A stretch of DNA of 32,000 nucleotides from Zygophlyctis sp. KS116 (Eukaryota > Fungi > Chytridiomycota). Shown here piece after piece: positions 20,342 to 32,000 of the stretch (position 1 is its first letter; each line of letters begins with the position of its first letter). The notes below the pieces were generated by a model. That model was not told the origin of the DNA. It saw only the letters and a list, made by a program, of their open reading frames with translations, and made no database searches. Location of the stretch: NCBI GenBank assembly GCA_054661495.1, contig BAAFSQ010000096.1:2192-34191 (forward strand). Reading direction: 5' to 3'. The position numbers and the translations under genes were made by a program.

Positions 20342-20747
20342 TAAGGATTGTAGAATACACATATTTCTTTATGAATCCGTCACTTTTCATTTTAGATTTT
20401 ATCATGATTCAATGATAACCTTGTTGTCAGTTGTCTGAATCAGTTGCATTTGCTCCCTTTATTGTATGTGTTTTGGTTGTTGTGACATCCTGCTCTTCAA
20501 TGAATTCATTCTTTAAATGAACAAGGCTACAAAGTGGCCACCTCTTAATCAATAACCCTGAAGATGATAGCTTTGAGCTAAAAACTTTTGTCCGGGAGTC
20601 ATCTTCCGTGTAAGCGCTATCTTTGTATGCTGGCTGGAAATTTGAATTTGATTACAGTGATGTTTTGTTCACCAATGGAAAAGAGCAGATTGATTATGTC
20701 TACAAACTCGTGCTCTGTAAGTGATCCATTGCCCCAACAAACGTTGA

Positions 20748-20924
20748 AACATTATAATATCCAAGGTATTCGTCGGCATTGGTATGCATTGTCCAATATG
20801 ATTAAAATCTTTCATTCAGAAATATGGCCGTGGGACGGCTGTATTTAGAACAAGATTTCTATTTTTAGTCAGTGGCGTTCAAGTAAATTTTAAAAGAATA
20901 TGAATACTGATTTGACGTTGGAGA
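20748..20924 (+). repeat. Right copy of the ~176-bp direct repeat; supplies the start of the gene at 20900
   Basis: Matches 16930-17105. Confidence 0.95.
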
Positions 20925-21992
20925 GGCTACCGGCAACCGCCAGAAGACCAACAAATGGTTTAAGTGTTAATAACAATTCCATTCTTTCTAGACTTATTCC
21001 AAAGGACAAATGGTACAAATTTACTATTTTCTGGTCTCTAACTCAGCTCTTATTCATTGGGATCCTGGAAGGGGTGGTGATGAAAATCCATTATGATTAC
21101 ATATACAATGATCTTAGTAACTATTCACAATCTCCATCGGAGGGAGAAGTTTTATTGCGAACTGTACCCAATGCAAAAGCATTGATTGTGTATCAAGCAC
21201 TGTTTATTTGTGCTCAGGCTTTTCAGTTTTTCTTATGTATTGATGCTATATACTCTCTTTCAATGATCCAACTAGTAGCTACTGCAATTTTTAATTGGGC
21301 TTTATTTGCTTATTCAATTATGCAGTATCAGCAAGCAGCAAATGTGATTACTGAAAATATAGCAGAGATCAATCCAAAAATTCATCCAACAAAACAAATG
21401 GAGATAATTGTGATTGTTCTCATGTCAGTTTTTTCCACTGTTTGGGCTTACCTGGCTTATAAATTGTATAATTTATTTGGATGGAAGTTGTACAAGGAAA
21501 TGGGGGCAGATATGTCTCTAATGAAGAGTCTAAGGCTTTATCATATTTACACAATGCTTCTAAAATTGGATGTATTCTTCTTTTTCGGTTTCGATATTCA
21601 ATTTTTGGTCTTGGTTTTAATACAACGGCCAGGTGGAGGTGTTGGAATGGCTCTGACTATAGTTCATGCAGCTCTAGTAGTTCCGCTTACTCCTGCTCTG
21701 TTGGCAGTAGCATATTTTGCAGTCAGGAAAGAGAGAAGAAGTTTCACAATTGTCACTCTGCTTGGATTTTTTGGAGGAATTATATTTCTGATTTACATGA
21801 TGGTTGATGCGAGAAGTAATACGGAAAAATATCTAAATTCAAAGAATTCCATTACTTTTTTCAGTAATTTTAAATTTTTATTCTAACTTTTTAGTAAGTC
21901 TTACACTCATCATGTGTACAATGACCATCATTTCACTCATTATGAATTATCGTAGATTTGGTAAAGGATTGAAGCAGAAACTTCACCATTAA
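20900..21992 (+). CDS. UPF0658-family multi-pass fungal membrane protein
   Basis: DAIYSLSMIQL, FGWKLYKEMGAD, LLKLDVFFFFGF and terminal FGKGLK. One intron at about 21864-21894. Confidence 0.8.
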
Positions 21993-22119
21993 TGATGTAC
22001 CATAGCTTAGTAGTGTACGATTTTTCACTAATAAAAGTTTGATTAAGCAGCTCAATTCTCAATTATTAAAAATTTGAGATAAATATAAAATCATATTCAT
22101 ACAAAACTATGTCATGTTT

Positions 22120-23281
22120 TTAGTCCCAAGCATCATCACTGGGCGCCATATGTACTAATTGAACTGTCGCATCGTCATATCTTAAAAGTCGACCATAAAA
22201 CAAATCCTGGCTTGTTGTAGTATTTTCCCTCTGTACCAGAGTTTGAGCAACATATTCAAGCCTATCAATTAATTCCAAATCCTTGCAATCAGAATTAAAA
22301 GTTGATGGTGTAGGCGGAGCAGATTTTTCTAGAGCATCTTGGGAATCAATGATTGAAAAAACATGATCCTTAACCATCAGATTTTGTGCATCATAATTGT
22401 TTATCTTCAAATGATCCCAAACTCCATCCGAACCAATAATTAAAGTATACTCTTTTGATTCATCCAATTGCAGAATAGAAATATCAGGGACACCAGAGAG
22501 CACAGGAGGATCCAGTTTAAAATGTATATCACCCATTGAACCCGTTAAATTAAGTGTTCTTCTATGAGAAAGACCTATAGAAATTGAACCTAGAGAAGGA
22601 GGCCGATATAACCTTGCTCCCAATAAATAAGAATAGTCCAAATCATCTTTAGAAATTTTGAATACTATTCCTTTATGACTTATAAAATTCCCTCCATTAT
22701 CAGTAATTTCATGAATTTTTTGAGAATTTGTAGTATTATGATCAATTGAAGAGAATTCTATTTCCCAAAGCTTTCCAGTTTTCATTGCCAAAATTGTTCT
22801 AGAATCTCCTACATTTGCATTTATAAGAAAACCATTCATCAAAATATTTAGAACAAATGTACATCCTATAATTTAATCTTTTTAAATTACCATCATCATC
22901 TGGTTTCTTTTCATTTGAATCATTAGGAGCCCAATCACTAAACTGATTAAATTTGAGAATTGTGTAATGATTATCAGTTTCAATGAATATGTTTTTCAAG
23001 TTCTCCTGAAACAATGTCCGATCTTTTGAATTTTCCAAATCCCAGTCTTTCCATTGCAACAGATGCATGACTCTATCCCTAATGTTTTCTACAAAGAAAA
23101 TTGCAGCTCCGGGGCCTCCATGTCCATCTGCCAGTATAAAGACCCTAGCTCCACCGGAACTGGAGCCAGACCAGACCACGTCTTCAATACTTTTATGAAG
23201 AGACATCTTTGATCCATTATGGTACTTGTAACCCTCTTCATTGGCATCTGTTTCAGTGAGTGAATGGAGTGGATTTTGCAT
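22120..23281 (-). CDS. PP2C/PPM-family protein phosphatase
   Basis: ADGHGG, DGCT (across a 25-nt intron), ANVGDSR, GSDGVWD and DDATV. Confidence 0.93.
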
Positions 23282-23351
23282 TAAATTTGTAAATCTAAAA
23301 TTAGAATTTTGAGTTTTGCGGCGTCAATTTTAAGCTTTTTTTAGAAAAACC

Positions 23352-24012
23352 ATGTCTGAAGTTCGAAGGAAATTGGTCATTGTTGGTGATGGTGCATGTG
23401 GTAAAACTTGTTTATTAATCGTTTTTTCTAAAGGAACATTCCCAAAGGTAATTTCATGTCTAACGCTAAGGATTATGTCCCAACAGTCTTTGAGAATTAT
23501 GTTGCAGATGTAACGGTTGATGGAAAACAAGTTGAATTAGCTCTATGGGATACCGCCGGACAAGAAGACTATGATAGGCTAAGACCATTAAGTTATCCTG
23601 ATAGTCATGTTGTTTTAATTTGTTATGCAATTGATTCTCCCGACTCACTGGAAAATGTTCAAGAAAAAGTAATTTATTTGTATAATTTTAAAGTGGATAT
23701 CAGAAGTCTTACATTTCTGTGCTGGATTACCAATAATTCTTGTAGGATGTAAATCAGATTTAAGAAATGACCCAAAAACTATTGAAGAATTAAAAAAGGC
23801 GTCACAAACACCAGTTACAACTGAACAGGTATATCTTGTATTCTTAATTTTTTAAGGGACAGGCAGTAGCACAAAAAATAGGAGCTTTTAAATTCTTGGA
23901 ATGTTCAGCCAGGACTAATCAAGGTGTAAAGGAAGTATTTGAAGTTGCTACACGCGCTGCATTAACTGTTCGTAAATCTGTCAAAAACAAGGCTAAATGT
24001 TTAATTGTTTAG
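23352..24012 (+). CDS. RHO1: Rho1/RhoA GTPase
   Basis: [36 protein letters not shown] and CAAX CLIV; three short introns. Confidence 0.97.
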
Positions 24013-24371
24013 AAATCTTGAATAAATTCTTTAAAGTATATTCCAGTATTAATACAAATGAGACCTAGATGTAGCAGCGGTAGAATTCTTTTAGAGATAA
24101 TAGCTCTTTTACCAAAACCTGATAAATGTATTAGTCCCCATGCAGATGCAATTGAACATCCAGCAATGGGATCATTATTATTTAAGAAACCTATCCCAGT
24201 ATATACTAAACTAAATCCAAATAATGCAGCTGGAGGAGGAAGACCTCTAGATTTAAAAGACACTGGAAAAAGTAATGCACAAGTAATAGCAGACATCCAT
24301 AGAGGATATGGTGTAGATCCCGGATCTCTTTTTAGATCGGACAGCGGAGGAAGAGGTTTGAATATATCCAT
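24009..24371 (-). CDS. Aim19-like small membrane protein
   Basis: STPYPLW...FGFS..G.G...D...G.SIASAW pattern. Its stop codon overlaps the RHO1 stop. Confidence 0.55.
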   Translation of the reverse strand: MDIFKPLPPLSDLKRDPGSTPYPLWMSAITCALLFPVSFKSRGLPPPAALFGFSLVYTGIGFLNNNDPIAGCSIASAWGLIHLSGFGKRAIISKRILPLLHLGLICINTGIYFKEFIQDF

Positions 24372-24440
24372 TGATCCAAGTCTTTATTCAATGACCTCCA
24401 CACTGATTTGGACCAAGAAAAACTGATTAATAGATTGACA

Positions 24441-24662
24441 ATGTTTAAGCATCAAGTCTTGTCTCTTTACAGATCATTATTAAAGAATGCAAACAATTTA
24501 TCTTATTCTGATTCAGCATACATAAAACAAAGGATCAGACAAGAATTTCAGCTTAATTCTACATTGTCTGATAAGGAATTAATTCAACGATGCATTCAGG
24601 TAATACTTTTTATTAATTATTAGAGAGGAAAGATTTTTGTCAAGAATTCTGGATTGTTGTAA
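24441..24662 (+). CDS. LYR-motif protein resembling L0R8F8/AltMiD51 (mitoribosome assembly)
   Basis: VLSLYRSLLK...LSYSDSAYIKQRIRQEF..N..L.D / RGKIF; 24-nt intron at 24600-24623. Confidence 0.8.
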
Positions 24663-24663
24663 A

Positions 24664-26157
24664 ATGAAAAAAAGTTCAAAAAAGCCATTTTACCTTTCTA
24701 CTCTTGTTTTGGCTCTTGTTTTTATAGTTTTAAACAAGAATTTTAATGTTAAACATGGTAACTAGTATCTTTAATAAGAAGTCGACTCTTGTCCATTTGA
24801 TCTTCCATTGACGGGAAACTTGTTTAATGAGAATAGAATTTCACTTTCTAAACAATTCGGACATGACAAAATTGAATTTATAATGGCAGCATCTCAACGT
24901 CCTATTAGAGTAGATTCTGATACAGATTATCCAGGATACAGACAAGCGTCAAATATAATTTATTTGATGGGACATATCAATATTTCACCGGCTCTAGTGT
25001 ATGTAATTTGGAATGGAACTGCTCTTTCTCTAAATTTGTTTGTTCCTGTAATGAGTCAAAGAGAACGGATTTTTGGTGGCGATTTGTTAAACAAGGAGCA
25101 ATTAAAAATCCTTTATAATCTAGATTCTGTACAAGATATGTATCAAATATTGGATTGGGTTGGAAATAATGTTACTATTAATACGATTTCACCAATAGAG
25201 GATGTAAATGCAGCTCTTGGTAAGGAATTAAAAATGAAATTGGAAAAGAAATCTATAGTTTTGCAGTTAAATTATGATTTAATTGAATCTTTTCATAGAT
25301 CTCGTTTTTACAAGTCATTAAAGGAAATTGAAATGATTAAATTTGCTACAAAAGTTGCTAAATGGGCTCATAAAATAGTGAAAAAATTGGTTTATTCTGT
25401 AGATGAAATTTCTGAAATGGATATTTTAAGTAATTTTAACTATCATACTTCTTTATGTGGTGGTCGTCTTTCAGCTTATAATCCTATAGTTGGATTTGGG
25501 ATTGATTCTGCAACATTACATTTTAGAACTGGTGAAAATGAAACTCGTGGATATCAAAAAATTCCCTCTAGTATCCCAAAATTTATATTAATTGATGCTG
25601 CTCCTGAATATAAAGGATATACTTCTGATATAACTAGAACTATTTACCCTAAAAATTCTAAAAAGCATCAAGTAATCTATAATATTGTACAAAATTCTCA
25701 AAATGCAGCAATTTCTAAATTTAGTCTTGGATCGACCTGGAAGGATGTAGAAAAAGGAGCTTATCAATCTTTAACTAAATCATTACAAGATTATAATTTC
25801 TTTTATCAGAATACTAGTCTTGAAGATCTTTTATATGAAAAAGCCCATTATGCATTTATGCCTCATGGTCTCGGACATCCTGTTGGATTAGATGTTCATG
25901 ATCCTGTTCCTAAATCACCAAATTCAACTTATGTCTTGGAAAATGGAATTGTTCATACAATTGAAGTAAGTTTAATTAAAATTATGCATTAGCCTGGAAT
26001 TTATTTTATTTCATTCTTTATGGAGAATTTAAAATCAAATCAGTCTTCCATTGGAAGATTTATAAATTGGACAACAGTTGATGAGTTTATGGACATTGGT
26101 GGAGTTAGGATTGAAGATATATTGGCTATTGTAAACAACGAAACAATAGTTTTTTAA
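24664..26157 (+). CDS. Xaa-Pro aminopeptidase/prolidase (M24B) with an N-terminal signal anchor
   Basis: YRQASN, ATLH, IDAAPEYKGYTSDITRT, PHGLGHPVGLDVHD, TIE/PGIY and GGVRIED; two introns. Confidence 0.92.
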
Positions 26158-26215
26158 TAAAAAGGTCCCAGTTCCTTTAAATAGCAGTCACGAGCCGGCG
26201 CCACCAAAATTTAAA

Positions 26216-28327
<2,112 letters not shown>

Positions 28328-28571
28328 ATAGTATATCTCATAAAATTTGAATAGTCGAATAGGCACTGCAATATATTATCACTTTGAGTCTGAATCTTTT
28401 GGAGCATCATTTACAATATTAATCGAATCACATCCTTTGATTAACTTTGAGCACCTCTGCCCGATCATTGCAAATAGTAGTTCTGGAGTGATTACCCATC
28501 TTAAAGACTCCAACTGTCCGAACGCGAAACGCACACGACTTCGCGAACTCGACGCGCTTTCAAAACTGATA

Positions 28572-31500
28572 ATGGGTCAAATCTGTAGCATTTATCCAGA
28601 CTGCTGTGGTGGGAATAATTTCTACCAGGATCAGTATGTAAATCAGACTTACGCTTGTACTCATCATTATTGTTATCCCAATGCGACTCAACCATTAAAT
28701 CATAATTGTTCTACGACCTTAACTGGAATATTATTCGATGCTCCTATTAACCGAGGATCGAGTGAGACAGAATTCTTATTGATGTATGAAGAACACATGA
28801 GACTTATAGCTGAACCAGTAAATGTAACAATTTGTCAAACCGATGAGCTTCTTCTTAATGTATCAATTCCTTCTGGAGATGTGAATACGTATTATAGAAA
28901 TCTAATAACAGCTCAAATTAGCCATAATACAACTTCGGATCGTAGCTGTTATTTACCTAGTGAATATAGTTTCAGCATAAAGTTTTATGGAAAAACATCT
29001 GACGATTCAGATCTTAGTAGCAATATTTCTTCAATTCATATCCCCCCATACACACTTTTGCCCAATCAAATATATCTTGTGGATGTTTCGGCAAGAAGTG
29101 AATATGCAAATTTTACGGCATCATATAATTTTACTACTGCACTTGATAAAATTCAAGTGACGGCCGGTACTGATCGTACATTTGGAGCTTTACAGCCTCT
29201 GATTATGCAACCCCAAATTATTGACTTATCCTACCGTCCTAAAACTTTTTTTAACTTCACATGCAATTGGAATTGCACTACATCAACTTTGGGTGCTTGC
29301 ATAAATTTAAAAACTTCAAATCCACTCCAGCTAAATTCTTGCAATTTGAATCTGACTCGAAGCCTAGAAACTGGAATTTACGATTTTAGTATTACCGTGA
29401 TTAATCAAGATACTGGTGCTATTGGTGTATCCAAAAATGTATCGATTATCATTCAGAATGATTCGTTGCCCCTTTTCACTGTGATACCATCAAAATTGCT
29501 GACTTCAACAGGAGATCGATCTTTTCAAATTGCTGCGAATGTTGATATCGCATCTGTTTTATCGCCAAAAAATATTCAGTATAACTGGCGCTCTGTTTCT
29601 AATTGCTCGTCTGGTGACGTTGCAGAATTAATTGATTTTTCTGAGGGAGAAAACTTTGCGGTTTTCCCAATATATAATGTTGTTAAATTTTCGAGAAATG
29701 CATTAAGAGCTGGAACCAATTACTGCATACAGGTACGGATTATTGATGGATACATTCAAACGAATTATAGTGAAGTTCAATTTAAAGTTCTAAATCGACC
29801 TTCTAATGGAATTTGTACTTCCAGTAACACATCTGTTGCTGAGTTTTTTGATTTAAGAATATCTTGCTCTGGCTGGACAACAGACTCTCTATCTTATCCT
29901 CTATTTTATAGCTTAATGTTAAAGAAATCAGACGAGGAAAACTACCGAACGGCTTCATTAAATTCCATTGAACCTATTATTGATTTAAAGCTTGCAGAAG
30001 GTATTTACGATTTTAAAGTATTGCTCACTGACGCTGCAGGGGGAGTTCCCAATGCTTCGAGCATTCCTCATTTTACAGTAAATGTAACTAGATCCTCTTC
30101 TCTTAAAGCGGCTTTATTTTCAGCTAGATTCCTACTTACCTCAGGCAAGGAAGAACTTTTGAAAGTTGGAGGTGTATCTAATTATATATCTAAATTGGCT
30201 GCAATTGCAGATATAGGCTTTGAAAACATATCATCAAACGTCGGGGCTGTAATACTTCAAAAGGATTTTATAGCTCAACTCAATTTTCTGACAGACAGTG
30301 GCCTAGTTCCTATAGATGATGCTGGTACTGCTCTTATCGCATCGAAATTGAGTTCCGCGATTGGTAGTCAATGCTCAGTCCCTGATTCTAACTCTGTTGC
30401 AGCTTCGAACACTTTGTTTAACCTCATGGATAAAGCGAAAGGCTCAAGCTTGACTTCACAGAGTCTTGACAGTTTAGTGGGCTCTTTGGACAATCTATTA
30501 TGCTCAGTCTCAAATTCCTCTTCTCATGTGGAAATTCTCTCTCAAAATTTAAACAATTTTGTTTTTGACATAGCTCAAAGTGCATTAGGCAGTGCGATCT
30601 GTGGTGAGGTCGCATATTCGGTAGTTTTTCAATGTCAGCTGGGATTGGCAGTGCGGGCACAACCACATTCGGCTCTTTCTTATTTTCTGAGCTAGACACT
30701 TCATCCTTCGCACCTAGCGGCTGCCCTCCCTATGTTTACGGCACTAAAAAGTCGGACATATTCTCGAAACTGAACTCTTCTATTTCATTGGTAAGTGATA
30801 TATATCAAATGTCATTTTTGGATGAGACGACTTTAGGTAAAACCAGTCCTACTTCACTGGAAGTTGTATTTACAATAAATGTAGCAAAAGGAACTGTACC
30901 AGAATGTGCCTGGATCAAATATTCTGATTCTTCTGAAACATTAATCGGCGCATCCGTCTCAACGGAAGGATGTAAAGTACTAAATACTACTGAAATTGAA
31001 TATTTCCTTAGCGTAACCTGTCAATGCTCTCATTTAACTGATTTCGTTGTGTTGGAGAATAAAATTGTTCCGCCGGCGATCCAGTCTTCGGCAACGTCAG
31101 TAGTGGCATCCTCATTTCAATCTACAGCGGCAACTTCAAAACTTTCAGCGTCTCAATCTACAGCTGTGACACTAAAAACGACTATAAAGCCTACTTTGCA
31201 GCCTACTTTGCAGCCTACTTTGCAGCCTACGTTGCAGCCTACGTTGCAACCCATTTCACAGTCAACGGGTACATCTTCTCAATCTACAGGTTCGCCAACT
31301 GTTCCGCCAACAACCAATTCATCATCAACCAATTCAGAGATTGGTGTAGGCGCAATCACAGGAATTGTTATTGCAGCTGTATTATTCATATCATTGGTCG
31401 TAGTAGGTGTTATAATACAGGTCAGACGTCGATCCTCTCTATATAGAGCTCCCGAAGCAGGTCGAGTACAAAAAGAAGAAGTAGCATCCGCTAGTAATCA

Positions 31501-31589
31501 GTCTGCGGAAGTGGAAAATTCGGAGATGAATGAAAGAGAACAAATGAAGAATAGAGGTACGTGATCGATTAGTGTTTACAATAGCTTAA
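28572..31589 (+). CDS. REJ/PKD-like ectodomain + GPS(GAIN) + Ser/Thr stalk + single TM; frame break near 30630
   Basis: REJ-like NRPSNGIC...ISCSGW..D...PLFY, GPS ECAW...TEGC...CQCSHLTDF and TM GAITGIVIAAVLFISLVVVGVII. Probable last intron at 31557-31584; without it the stop is at 31564. Confidence 0.75.
31190..31249 (+). repeat. Coding minisatellite, 12 bp x5 (PTLQ)
   Basis: CCTAC(T/G)TTGCA(G/A) x5. Confidence 0.95.
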
Positions 31590-31913
31590 AACCTATAATT
31601 TGAAGTTGTACTGTTTTATTTAATTTTTTTGAGATTAGATCTCAGTGGTTTAGAAGTCTATAAAGTGCTACGATAAAGTAGTTCATTTCTATAATGTTGC
31701 TTCGAAAATATATAGGATCGAGAAATGGCCAATAAATTATTCTCATACATTTTCTTATTAACCGTATTGACTTTGCACGAAAGGGGAATAAGGTTGCATA
31801 CTTTCTGAAATACAATCAAAGCAGCTGAACCAGATCATGACATTGAAGTGATCAAATTGTTTGATAGATTATTTCAAATAATTAAACGCTTCATATGCAA
31901 TGAGGAATCATTC

Positions 31914-32000
31914 TTTGCATTCACCACCACAAAAGTCTGCATTTGAACTAAAGTCTCCCCTTCGTGAGACACAGTCTGAATTCTGCCTTGAAATCCAAAC
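31914..32000 (+). repeat. Exact copy of kinase CDS 27811-27897, running off the window edge
   Basis: TTTGCATTCACCACCACAAAAG...GAAATCCAAAC is identical over 87 nt. Confidence 0.95.

Noticed and set aside
20588-20848. 86-aa ORF ending like the esterase
   Set aside because: Chance frame running into the duplicated esterase 3' end; non-ATG start and no catalytic N-terminal half.
16930-20924. LTR retrotransposon, with the flanking repeats read as LTRs
   Set aside because: The repeats are host coding and intergenic sequence, with no TG...CA ends and no gag/pol.
28347-28571. N-terminal extension of the 782-aa ORF
   Set aside because: TTG start, and it covers CGCG-rich promoter-like DNA. The first ATG is at 28572.

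Overview
AT-rich, extremely gene-dense eukaryotic DNA read in the standard code, with about 28 genes and very short GT-AG introns (about 21-35 nt). Fungal-type genes (Shr3-like, UPF0658, Rho1, Rib3, Pet100) together with the centriole gene POC5 point to a zoosporic fungus (chytrid-like); this placement is inferred. Most of the window is housekeeping, but several architectures are unusual: a two-motif IF1 inhibitor, a degenerate amidohydrolase-RIB3 fusion, a PAS-eIF2alpha kinase, a type III glutamine synthetase and a REJ-GPS single-pass protein. The standout is an accessory island at about 16.9-20.9 kb. It carries a Crinkler-like (Ubl N-terminus) gene and two copies of a PD-(D/E)XK-like nuclease gene, is bracketed by a ~176-bp duplication of host sequence, and is full of templated fragments flanked by direct repeats of 16 and 43 bp. 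A second cargo gene (28.6-31.6 kb) appears to be bracketed the same way. All gene models were spliced by eye, and family calls come from motif recognition, not database searches.
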